This document shows positions 36,542 through 44,758 of a stretch of DNA of 48,786 nt, in pieces (the stretch's first letter is position 1; each line of letters begins with the position of its first letter). The stretch spans positions 1 through 48,786 of the forward strand of contig CAZMBM010000003.1 of the NCBI GenBank assembly GCA_964564475.1. Direction: 5' to 3'. Both the position numbers and the translations under genes were made by a program. The notes beneath the pieces are model-generated. The model searched no databases, was not told the origin of the DNA, and worked only from the letters and a program-made list of their open reading frames with translations. Source of the stretch: an uncultured Flavobacteriaceae bacterium. Its GTDB lineage: Bacteria; Bacteroidota; Bacteroidia; Flavobacteriales; Flavobacteriaceae.

Positions 36542-36955
36542 ATGTTTACCAAATCACATGTATTGGGAACCCTTGCGGGTTTTGTAGTATTATTTTTAGG
36601 CGGCTGGTTGTATTACGATATGCTGGCCAAAGGCTTTTACGATGCGCACACTTCTGAAGCGGCCAAAGCCATTATGAGAGGCGACAACGTTAACCTTCTT
36701 CTTGTGGCCTTGGGCAGTTTGGTTCAGGCCTGTGTTATGACGACCCTTTATTCTAAATTAGCCGACAAAGGCAACGGACTTAAATTTGGGGCTTTCTTTG
36801 GGGTTTTTGCAGGTTTTGGTTTAGGCTTGTTAAGTTACGGCCTTATGGACTTTATGGATATGACCGGTGCTTTGGTTGACTTTGTATGGTGTATTGTTTT
36901 CTATGCCATCATCGGTTGGGCCATAGCCTTTGTTTCAAATAAATTTGCGAGTTAG
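36542..36955 (+). CDS. Small integral membrane protein (about 4 TM), function unknown
   Basis: 137 aa with four hydrophobic segments and a strong terminator immediately downstream. It is reminiscent of DUF1761-type proteins, but that is an unverified recollection. Confidence 0.55.
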   Translation: MFTKSHVLGTLAGFVVLFLGGWLYYDMLAKGFYDAHTSEAAKAIMRGDNVNLLLVALGSLVQACVMTTLYSKLADKGNGLKFGAFFGVFAGFGLGLLSYGLMDFMDMTGALVDFVWCIVFYAIIGWAIAFVSNKFAS

Positions 36956-36974
36956 GTCAAACTTTAAAAATTTG

Positions 36975-37010
36975 AAAGCGCCCAAAAGTTTTTACTTTTG
37001 GGCGCTTTTT
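36975..37010 (+). terminator. Rho-independent terminator
   Basis: Perfect 15-bp stem aaagcgcccaaaagt / acttttgggcgcttt (36975-36989 and 36994-37008) with a tttt loop, running into a T-tract. Confidence 0.85.
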
Positions 37011-37028
37011 ATTAGTTATATATTGTGA

Positions 37029-37061
37029 ATTGATACGATGACTCACAGTCATCGTATCAAT
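37029..37061. repeat. REP-like palindrome, family 2, copy C (perfect 15-bp arms)
   Basis: attgatacgatgact-cac-agtcatcgtatcaat lies 6 nt from the pruA stop, at a convergent gene junction. Confidence 0.85.
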
Positions 37062-37066
37062 AAAAA

Positions 37067-38695
37067 CTACTGTTCTAAAAACGGATAGCGATAATCTGTT
37101 GGTGGCACAAAAGTTTCTTTAATTGTGCGGTTAGACACCCAACGCAACAAATTCCAAACAGAGCCGGCTTTGTCGTTAGTGCCCGAACCTCTGGCACCGC
37201 CAAAAGGTTGTTGGCCAACAACAGCTCCTGTGGGTTTGTCGTTTATATAAAAATTACCGGCCGCATTTTCTAAAGCATTGGTGGCATAGTCTAATACATA
37301 ACGATCTTGACTAAAAATAGCGCCTGTTAAAGCGTATTCAGAAGTGTGATCTATGGTTGTTAAACAGTCTTTCCAATCGGCATCTTCGTAAACATAAATG
37401 GTTAAAACAGGGCCAAACAATTCGGTACACATAGTGGTGTAATGCGCGTCATTGGTTAAAATGACGGTGGGTTCTATAAAATAACCTTTAGAATTGTCGT
37501 AACGGCCTCCTATAATTACTTCGGCATTTTTATCGGCCTTGGCTTGGTCTATATATTTTGAGAGTTTGTTAAAAGCGCGATCGTCAATTACAGCGTTTAT
37601 AAAATGAGAGGTATCGTCGGGGGCTCCCATTGTCATTGATTTTAAATCGGCTTCTAAATAAGTACGCACGTCGTTCCATTTACTTTTTGGAATATATGCC
37701 CGCGAGGCGGCCGAACATTTTTGGCCTTGATATTCAAAAGCCCCTCTTGATAAGGCTGTAGCGACTTGTTTAGCATCGGCACTGTGGTGCATCCACACAA
37801 AATCTTTACCGCCGGTTTCGCCCACTATACGCGGGTAACTAATATATTTTGACACATTTTCGCCAATTTGTTTCCAAAAACTTTGGAATACAGGTGTCGA
37901 TCCTGTAAAATGAATACCGGCAAAATACTTATTATTTAAAAGGACATCGGTAATATCGGCCGAAGGCCCTGTAAGCATATTAATAACGCCATCGGGTAAA
38001 CCGGCTTCTTTAAATAATTCCATAATGACTTGCGCCGAATACACTTGCGAACGGGCGGGTTTCCACACCACCACATTACCCATTAAAGCGGGTGCCGCAG
38101 GTAAATTAGCGGCAATTGAGGTAAAGTTAAAAGGTGTTATGGCATACACAAATCCTTCTAAGGCGCGGTATTCCATACGATTCCAAATACCGGGAGCAGA
38201 CTCAGGTTGGTTGCTGTAGATTTCTGTCATAAATTGCACATTGAATCTAAAGAAATCAATCAGCTCGCAAGCAGCATCGATTTCGGCCTGAAATACATTT
38301 TTAGATTGGGCAATCATCGTGGCAGCGTTCATACGGGCTCTAAACGGACCGGCCAATAAATCGGCGGCTTTTAAAAAGATGGCCGCACGGTCTTGCCAAG
38401 GTGTTTTGGCCCATTTGTTACGGGCTGCGATGGCTTTTTCAACGGCTTTTTCAACCAAGGCCTTGTCGGCGGTATGGTACTGCCCCACACAGTGTTGGTG
38501 GTCGTGTGGCGGATGAATTTTTACCGTTTTTCCGGTTCTAATTTCTTCGCCACCTATATACACGGGGATGTCAACCTGTTCTTGGTACATTTTGGCATAA
38601 GTTGCCAATAATTCGGTGCGTTCGGGACTGTTAGGCGCGTAAGATTTTACGGGCTCGTTAACAGCTATGGGTACTTTATAAAATCCTGAAGCCAT
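37067..38695 (-). CDS. pruA: L-glutamate gamma-semialdehyde (1-pyrroline-5-carboxylate) dehydrogenase
   Basis: 542 aa in the aldehyde dehydrogenase superfamily, with catalytic contexts VGETGGKDF and QGQKCSAASR. The N-terminal region and length are typical of stand-alone P5C dehydrogenases. Confidence 0.9.
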   Translation of the reverse strand: MASGFYKVPIAVNEPVKSYAPNSPERTELLATYAKMYQEQVDIPVYIGGEEIRTGKTVKIHPPHDHQHCVGQYHTADKALVEKAVEKAIAARNKWAKTPWQDRAAIFLKAADLLAGPFRARMNAATMIAQSKNVFQAEIDAACELIDFFRFNVQFMTEIYSNQPESAPGIWNRMEYRALEGFVYAITPFNFTSIAANLPAAPALMGNVVVWKPARSQVYSAQVIMELFKEAGLPDGVINMLTGPSADITDVLLNNKYFAGIHFTGSTPVFQSFWKQIGENVSKYISYPRIVGETGGKDFVWMHHSADAKQVATALSRGAFEYQGQKCSAASRAYIPKSKWNDVRTYLEADLKSMTMGAPDDTSHFINAVIDDRAFNKLSKYIDQAKADKNAEVIIGGRYDNSKGYFIEPTVILTNDAHYTTMCTELFGPVLTIYVYEDADWKDCLTTIDHTSEYALTGAIFSQDRYVLDYATNALENAAGNFYINDKPTGAVVGQQPFGGARGSGTNDKAGSVWNLLRWVSNRTIKETFVPPTDYRYPFLEQ

Positions 38696-38735
38696 TTGTT
38701 ATGTTTTTTAAATTGATTCGACTATTTTTGGGAAG

Positions 38736-38743
38736 CAAAGTTA
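38736..38743 (-). promoter_or_regulatory. Putative -7 promoter element (TAnnTTTG) for pruA
   Basis: The reverse complement of caaagtta is taactttg, 41 nt upstream of the pruA start (38695). A plus-strand tatttttg at 38723-38730 may serve the divergent NRDE gene. Confidence 0.3.
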
Positions 38744-38832
38744 CGTATTTTTTTAGGGATTAATATCCGGAAAATCTACTTAAAATGCTCAAATATTTAA
38801 GCCTTAAATTAACTAAAAGAGACCTGATTCTC

Positions 38833-39537
38833 ATGTGTACAGTTACCTATTTACCTTTAAGAGGTGCCAACTTTATTTTAACGTCAAATCGCGACGTGCC
38901 TTTTTCCAGAGAAAAAGCCTTACCACCAAAAAGTGTTGTTGAAGATAATGTGCGGTTAACTTACCCTAAAGACGGTAAAGCCGGCGGGACATGGATTGGC
39001 TTAAGCGACAAAAAGCGGCTTATTTGTTTGTTAAACGGAGGGTTTAAATACCACACATCGCGGACTCATTACAGAAAAAGCAGGGGACTTATTTTAAAAG
39101 AGCTTCTAAAAGCAACCGATTTATCAGCTGCTTTAAACCACATAGATTTACGGGATATTGAACAATTTACTTTAGTCATAGTTGATTGGCAAAGCCATTT
39201 ACAACTGTATGAGTTTGTATGGGATGGCGATAAAAAACACCTTAAAAAAATAACACAAACACCGCATATTTGGTCGTCTTCTACACTGTATGACGCTTCT
39301 GTAAAAAAAATGCGTGAAGAATGGTTTAAGAATTGGTATAAAGCTTATAGTTTTACCACAGAAAATATTTTAAATTTTCACCATACAGCCGGTGTGGGCG
39401 ATTGTAATATTGACCTTATGATGAACCGTGGTTTAGGTGGTACGGTGAGTGTAACATCTGTTAAGAAAAAAGAAGAAAAAATCACCCTTAATTACGAAGA
39501 CGTTTTAAGCAGAGAAAAATATTTTTTAAGTCTTTAG
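38833..39537 (+). CDS. NRDE family protein
   Basis: The start is moved to ATG 38833 so the protein begins MCTVTYLP, the MCT N-terminus typical of the family. An SNRDV motif (NRDE-like) is present. Length about 234 aa. Confidence 0.7.
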   Translation: MCTVTYLPLRGANFILTSNRDVPFSREKALPPKSVVEDNVRLTYPKDGKAGGTWIGLSDKKRLICLLNGGFKYHTSRTHYRKSRGLILKELLKATDLSAALNHIDLRDIEQFTLVIVDWQSHLQLYEFVWDGDKKHLKKITQTPHIWSSSTLYDASVKKMREEWFKNWYKAYSFTTENILNFHHTAGVGDCNIDLMMNRGLGGTVSVTSVKKKEEKITLNYEDVLSREKYFLSL

Positions 39538-40607
39538 CCAATTAAAAAAGCCAAAACAGACACAATACTTAAACCAATTCCCGAAATAATCAAATAAATT
39601 ATATTTAAAGCCGAAAATTTAACAAGTGTTTTAAACCACCCTTGATTGTAAAATTTTAACAAGGCCATATACAGATATATTAAAAAGAGTATGATAAAAA
39701 TAGAGGTGACAGACTGATTCTGAGAGAAAAAGTTGACACCTAACAAAAGAATCATCAGTAAAAAAAAGACAGCTTGCGTGTTAAAAACAAACACCAAGTG
39801 TTCCATATAATTAATAGAATGCCTGATGTAAAATAATTTTAAAAACAAAGTAAACAAAGGCAAGAAAATAAATAAGGCAATAGATAAATTAGATATTATT
39901 TTTTTACTTAATGATTGGCCATGGTCATTTCCTATGTTAAATGCTTCGATGGTTTTTGAATAATAAAACCTATTCCAAAAGTCGTGAGATTGTTTTAAAC
40001 TATCTAAAGCCACCTCAACCGGCAAATCAGGATGTTTCCTGTAGAATTTAGAGTATTTTGAAATTTTTTGTGATACAGTTAAGGATTTAGTATTATCTGA
40101 AAGACTGTCTAAAGGGGTTTTAAGAATTCTTGACTTTTCACTTTTTACAAGCGAATCCAGTAGAGGGTTTATTTTAGCAATAGAGTCGCGTACGGTTTTA
40201 ACCGCTTTGTTTTTAGGGATATCAACATTTAAAACTTGAGAGGATACAAAGCTTTTTTTCTTGAAATCGTCATATTTATTATACAATCCAAGCAATAAAA
40301 AGAAAATAATAGACACGGTTAAGTAAAACCGGAACGGATTGGCGTATTGCGCCCGTTTGCCATTGATATAATCTTGAGATACTTTTCCGGGTTTAAGAAT
40401 CAAATATAATATGGTACGCCAAAATCGCGAGTCGTATGAAATAAATTCAGAAAAAACCGCTCCTAAAAAATTACCGAAATTTAACTTGCGCATATCATTG
40501 CGCTGCCCGCAGTTGGGGCAAAAATTTTCTTCACCCTGCAAAGGCAAACCACAGTTTAAACATTCTTTACCGCGCTGTATTTTCGGTAAAAAACGAATAG
40601 GTTTCAT
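39534..40607 (-). CDS. DUF3667-like membrane protein with N-terminal zinc ribbon
   Basis: CLNCG...CPNCGQ zinc ribbon followed by several TM helices. Length 357 aa. Confidence 0.7.
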   Translation of the reverse strand: MKPIRFLPKIQRGKECLNCGLPLQGEENFCPNCGQRNDMRKLNFGNFLGAVFSEFISYDSRFWRTILYLILKPGKVSQDYINGKRAQYANPFRFYLTVSIIFFLLLGLYNKYDDFKKKSFVSSQVLNVDIPKNKAVKTVRDSIAKINPLLDSLVKSEKSRILKTPLDSLSDNTKSLTVSQKISKYSKFYRKHPDLPVEVALDSLKQSHDFWNRFYYSKTIEAFNIGNDHGQSLSKKIISNLSIALFIFLPLFTLFLKLFYIRHSINYMEHLVFVFNTQAVFFLLMILLLGVNFFSQNQSVTSIFIILFLIYLYMALLKFYNQGWFKTLVKFSALNIIYLIISGIGLSIVSVLAFLIG

Positions 40608-40639
40608 GGATGGTTCGATTTAAAAAATAACGCCTGTTA

Positions 40640-41026
40640 TTAATTTAAAATTTGCGGGAGCGTCAATTGGAAATGTGGAATTAAAACTTTAAAACGCTTA
40701 GTGGTGGTAAAGTTAATCATATTAAAAAAGCCACGCATAGAGCCCAAAGGCGAAATGAGATGACAACTTGAGCTATAAGTATATGATTTTTTAGGTGATA
40801 CAATTGGTTTTTCGCCAATGACACCATCACCTTCAACAATTTCTGCTTTTTTTAAAGAATCAAAAATATGCCAATGACGGCTTAACAACTGTACGGCATC
40901 ATTGCTCTGATTTTCTATGGTCACGCTGTAACTAAAGATATAATATTTTCTAAAACCCTGAATACGAATACCTTCGTACTGGGTTTTTACAGATATCTTT
41001 ATGCCGTTAGTTATTTGTTGCACCAT
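40640..41026 (-). CDS. apaG: ApaG protein
   Basis: 128 aa. The N-terminal ...GIKISVKTQY and the motif EGDGVIGEKP (G.GVVG..P-like) are typical of ApaG/DUF525. Confidence 0.8.
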   Translation of the reverse strand: MVQQITNGIKISVKTQYEGIRIQGFRKYYIFSYSVTIENQSNDAVQLLSRHWHIFDSLKKAEIVEGDGVIGEKPIVSPKKSYTYSSSCHLISPLGSMRGFFNMINFTTTKRFKVLIPHFQLTLPQILN

Positions 41027-41092
41027 ATTATTATAGGTATAATAAGTTGTTTGTAAGGCTACAAATATATAAAATGTTTGTTAAGAAAAGTG

Positions 41093-41533
41093 TTAAATTT
41101 CTTCGAGTGAAATATACGATTTACCTTCTTGGATATCTTTTGCAAACTGTTTTATAGTATTATTAGAGAGCTTTAAAAAGATATTGTTTTTAAACGGCTC
41201 AACAATGGTGTGAACCGAACAGGGTTTTTCGCTCGAGCAGGTGTGGAGGCCTAAAAAGCACTGGTCGAATTTGTCTAAACCGTCTATACAATCAACAATG
41301 TCTAAAACGGAATTTTTTAAATTATCGGAAGTTAGGTAAAAGCCACCGTTAGGACCCTTTGAAGACGATATAATATGCTTCTTTGTGAGTTCCTGTAAAA
41401 TTTTAGCTAAAAAAGGTTGGGGCATTTTAAGTTTTTCGGCCACAACTTTAGATCCCATTTTATCTGTCTCAGAAGTGTGTAAAGCAATGTAAATCACAGC
41501 TCTAATAGCGTATTTGCAGGAATTTGATAACAT
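41093..41533 (-). CDS. Rrf2 family transcriptional regulator with three-Cys cluster
   Basis: 146 aa with N-terminus MLSNSCKYAIRAV and a winged HTH (FLAKILQELTKKHIISSSKGPNGGFYL). The Cys cluster is CFLGLHTCSSEKPC (C-x6-C-x5-C). It is divergent from the nos operon. Confidence 0.85.
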   Translation of the reverse strand: MLSNSCKYAIRAVIYIALHTSETDKMGSKVVAEKLKMPQPFLAKILQELTKKHIISSSKGPNGGFYLTSDNLKNSVLDIVDCIDGLDKFDQCFLGLHTCSSEKPCSVHTIVEPFKNNIFLKLSNNTIKQFAKDIQEGKSYISLEEI

Positions 41534-41614
41534 GTAGTGGTGTTTTTATGTGACAAATATAAAAAAATAGTATTATTATAAGACCTTTTTATCTTTTTAT
41601 ATTAAAATATTTAT

Positions 41615-41622
41615 TATTTTTG
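41615..41622 (+). promoter_or_regulatory. Putative -7 promoter element (TAnnTTTG) for the FAS1-cytc-nosZ operon
   Basis: tatttttg lies 27 nt upstream of ATG 41649 in a very AT-rich spacer, so a chance match is plausible. Confidence 0.3.
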
Positions 41623-41648
41623 TAGCATTAATTAATAACCTTAATATT

Positions 41649-42230
41649 ATGAAACCAAAGAGAATAATTTTATTGTTTAGCGTTGTGTTGAGTTTTGTGC
41701 TTTTTTCATGTGCAGACAAACAAAACAACCCTACAAAACAAACCGCTCCAAAACCAAAAACAGAACATCATGGACAGGCTTCAGTTAAAGACGACGTGTC
41801 GGAAGCCAATGTGTTACAGGTAGCTATGTCGCTACCCGATTTTAAAACATTAGTAGTTGCTGTAAAAGCAGCAGGTGTAGAAGACGCCCTAGTTAATGCC
41901 GGTCCTTTAACGGTTTTTGCACCTGTCAACAGTGCTTTTGACAAATTACCAAAAGGCACCGTTGAAACACTTTTAAAACCCGAAAATAAAGACAAACTGG
42001 CTTTTATTTTAGTAAATCATGTGGCGCCAAGCAATTATCCTATTAAAACCTTGGAAAAGGCCGTTCGTAAAAACCGTAAATTATATATGGCTTCGGGCAA
42101 ATACTTAACTGTAGAGAAAAGAGCTGACGGGATTTATGTGGGAGGTACCAAAATATTAAAATCAGTGAAAGTAAGTAATGGTTGGATACACGTCATTGGC
42201 GATGTGCTTGTACCAACCGATGATAAATAG
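41649..42230 (+). CDS. Fasciclin (FAS1) domain lipoprotein
   Basis: Lipobox LFSC. FAS1 motifs are TVFAPVNSAF, VNHV and GWIHVIGDVLVP. Length 193 aa. Confidence 0.85.
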   Translation: MKPKRIILLFSVVLSFVLFSCADKQNNPTKQTAPKPKTEHHGQASVKDDVSEANVLQVAMSLPDFKTLVVAVKAAGVEDALVNAGPLTVFAPVNSAFDKLPKGTVETLLKPENKDKLAFILVNHVAPSNYPIKTLEKAVRKNRKLYMASGKYLTVEKRADGIYVGGTKILKSVKVSNGWIHVIGDVLVPTDDK

Positions 42231-42249
42231 AACTAATTAAATTTAAAAA

Positions 42250-42705
42250 ATGAAATTAAAAACACTCAGTCTAATAGTATTAGCAACATTATTTTTAGTG
42301 AGTTGCGGCGGCGACAACAAAGACAAAGCCCCTGCTCCTAAAAAAGAAGTAAAAAAAGAAGTAAGTTTAGATCCTATGCAAGATAAAGGTGTAGGCCCTA
42401 TTAAAAGTATAACCATAGGAGCCTTAGACGCAGACTTGGCAGCCAAAGGAGAAACGCTTTTTAAAAATAAATGTAAAGCCTGTCATAAAATTGATAAAAG
42501 AAAAATTGGCCCGGCTTTAAGAGGCATTACCAAAAAACAAACAGCAGAATGGATTATGAATATGATATTAAATCCGGACGGTATGGTGAAGGAAAATGCC
42601 ACAGCTAAAAAATTATTAGCAGAGTATATTGCCCCCATGTCTAATCAGAGTTTAACTCAAGATGAGGCACGTGCTATTTATGAATATTTTAGAACACAAG
42701 AATAA
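42250..42705 (+). CDS. Monohaem c-type cytochrome lipoprotein (probable NosZ electron donor)
   Basis: Lipobox LVSC, a single haem-binding CKACH, and a distal Met candidate (IAPMS). It lies immediately upstream of nosZ. Confidence 0.85.
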   Translation: MKLKTLSLIVLATLFLVSCGGDNKDKAPAPKKEVKKEVSLDPMQDKGVGPIKSITIGALDADLAAKGETLFKNKCKACHKIDKRKIGPALRGITKKQTAEWIMNMILNPDGMVKENATAKKLLAEYIAPMSNQSLTQDEARAIYEYFRTQE

Positions 42706-42724
42706 CAAACCAAATTTTAAACTT

Positions 42725-44698
42725 ATGAAATCGATACTTAAAAGTACCTTTTTAGCCCTTGTAGCACTATCTTTTTTTACAGCTTGTAACAATAGCGGTA
42801 AAAGTAAAAAAGGTGGCGCTTTAGTCACCAACGCAGCAGAGCGCGTTTATGTAGCTCCGGGTGAATACGACGAATACTACGCCTTTGTTTCAGGTGGATT
42901 TAGTGGACAGTTATCTGTTTATGGGCTCCCTTCGGGAAGATTGTTTAGGATAATTCCTGTTTTTTCACAAGATCCCGAAAAAGCTTATGGCTATAGCGAA
43001 GAAACAAAACCTATGTTAATGACATCTCACGGCTTAATCCCTTGGGGTGACGCTCACCATCCGGATATTTCACAAACCAATGGCGAGTTAGACGGCAGAT
43101 GGGTATTTATTAACGAAAATAATACACCGAGAATTGCCAGAATAAGTCTTAAAACTTTTGAGACTGAAGAAATTATTGAAATTCCCAACACAGCAGGAAA
43201 TCACAGTTCATCTTATGTTACCGATAACACAGAATACGTTGTGGCCGGCACACGATTTGCAATTCCCGTTCCTCAAAGAGATATGCCTATAAAAGATTAT
43301 AAAGGCAATTTTAAAGGCGCTTTAACTTTCTTAAAGGTAGATCAAGAAACGGGAAATATGGATATATCATTTCAAATCTTAATGCCTGGATTTGATTACG
43401 ATAAAGCCCACCCCGGCAGAGGTAAATCTCATGGATGGTTCTTTTTTACCACATATAATACCGAAGAAGCCAACACTTTATTAGAAGTTAATGCCTCACA
43501 AAACGACAAAGATTTTATAGCAGCTGTTAATTGGAAAAAAGCTGAAGAATATATTAAAGCCGGTAAATTTAAAACCATGCCGGCCAGATATGCACACAAT
43601 ATTTGGAACGATAAAACACATACAGCTAAAACCACTTGGGGAACATCTGTAAAAGTGTTAGATCCGTCAAAATTACCGGGATTGGTTTATTTTTTACCAA
43701 CACCAAAATCACCACACGGTTGTGATGTCGATCCCACCGGAGAATATATTGTAGGAAGCGGTAAATTAGCGGCAAGTGTTACAGTACACTCTTATACCAA
43801 AATGTTAGACGCCATAAAAAACAAAAAATTTGACGGTGAAGCTTATGGTATTCCAATTTTAAAATACGAGGATGTATTGGCCGGAACTGTGGTTCAACCG
43901 GGTCTAGGCCCTTTACATACAGAGTTTGACGGCAGAGGAAATGCCTATACAACTTTCTTTATTTCATCAGAAGTGGTTAAATGGAAATTAGGTACTTGGG
44001 AAGTTTTAGACCGCCATCCTGTATATTATTCGGTTGGTCACTTAATGATTCCCGGCGGAAATTCTCGCAAACCTTGGGGCAAATATTTGCTCGCCATGAA
44101 CAAAATTACCAAAGACCGTTATTTACCAACAGGTCCTGAGGTAAGTCAGTCGGCTCAATTATTTGATATTACCGGAGATAAAATGCAGTTATTACTCGAT
44201 TTCCCAACGGTAGGAGAGCCCCATTATGCAGCGGGTATTCCGGCAGAAATGATTATGAAAAATTCTAAAAAAATCTATAAGTTAGAAGAGAATGAACATC
44301 CGTATGTAACCAAAAGCGAATCGGAAGGAAAAGTTGTTCGCAAAGGTAATGAGGTACATATATATATGACTATGATTAGAAGTCACTTTGCTCCTGACAA
44401 TATTGAAGGTGTAAGAGTTGGCGATAAGGTATTCTTCCATGTTACCAATCTAGAGCAAGATTATGACGTTCCTCATGGTATAGCTATGATTGGTGCCAAA
44501 ACATCAGAATTATTAATCATGCCCGGAAGAACCGAAACATTTATTTGGGAACCTAAAGAAGTAGGGGTTTGGCCTTTCTATTGTACCGACTTCTGCTCGG
44601 CTTTACACCAAGAGATGCAGGGTTATGTAAGGGTATCTGCAAAGGGGTCTAAAGTGCCTATTTCATATACTTTAGATGATGAACCTTTAGCCGAATAA
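42725..44698 (+). CDS. nosZ: Nitrous-oxide reductase, clade II (Sec/lipoprotein-type signal)
   Basis: The start is set at ATG 42725 (MKSILKSTFLALVALSFFTAC...; no twin-arginine). CuZ-type His contexts are WGDAHHPD, AGNHSS, SPHGCDV, GPLHTEFD and VGHLMIP. The C-terminal CuA motif is HGIAM...CTDFCSALHQEM. Confidence 0.95.
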   Translation: MKSILKSTFLALVALSFFTACNNSGKSKKGGALVTNAAERVYVAPGEYDEYYAFVSGGFSGQLSVYGLPSGRLFRIIPVFSQDPEKAYGYSEETKPMLMTSHGLIPWGDAHHPDISQTNGELDGRWVFINENNTPRIARISLKTFETEEIIEIPNTAGNHSSSYVTDNTEYVVAGTRFAIPVPQRDMPIKDYKGNFKGALTFLKVDQETGNMDISFQILMPGFDYDKAHPGRGKSHGWFFFTTYNTEEANTLLEVNASQNDKDFIAAVNWKKAEEYIKAGKFKTMPARYAHNIWNDKTHTAKTTWGTSVKVLDPSKLPGLVYFLPTPKSPHGCDVDPTGEYIVGSGKLAASVTVHSYTKMLDAIKNKKFDGEAYGIPILKYEDVLAGTVVQPGLGPLHTEFDGRGNAYTTFFISSEVVKWKLGTWEVLDRHPVYYSVGHLMIPGGNSRKPWGKYLLAMNKITKDRYLPTGPEVSQSAQLFDITGDKMQLLLDFPTVGEPHYAAGIPAEMIMKNSKKIYKLEENEHPYVTKSESEGKVVRKGNEVHIYMTMIRSHFAPDNIEGVRVGDKVFFHVTNLEQDYDVPHGIAMIGAKTSELLIMPGRTETFIWEPKEVGVWPFYCTDFCSALHQEMQGYVRVSAKGSKVPISYTLDDEPLAE

Positions 44699-44714
44699 AC
44701 AATAAATTATTATA

Positions 44715-44740
44715 AAAGGGCAGTTTTACTGCCCTTTTTA
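44715..44740 (+). terminator. Intrinsic terminator/attenuator hairpin directly after nosZ
   Basis: Perfect 10-bp stem aaagggcagt / actgcccttt (44715-44724 and 44728-44737) with a 3-nt loop, followed by ttta. Confidence 0.6.
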
Positions 44741-44758
44741 TCTTAAAGTCAGAAACCC

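Noticed and set aside
38785-38832. Longer N-terminus for the NRDE family gene
   Set aside because: NRDE proteins as I recall them begin MCT..., which ATG 38833 produces. The extra 16 residues have no family counterpart. This remains a judgement call.
42662-42724. Upstream extension of nosZ (MRHVLFMNILEHKNN...) given by the ORF track
   Set aside because: It would overlap the cytochrome c gene by 44 nt and place 21 non-signal residues before the obvious signal peptide. ATG 42725 yields a canonical signal/lipobox N-terminus.
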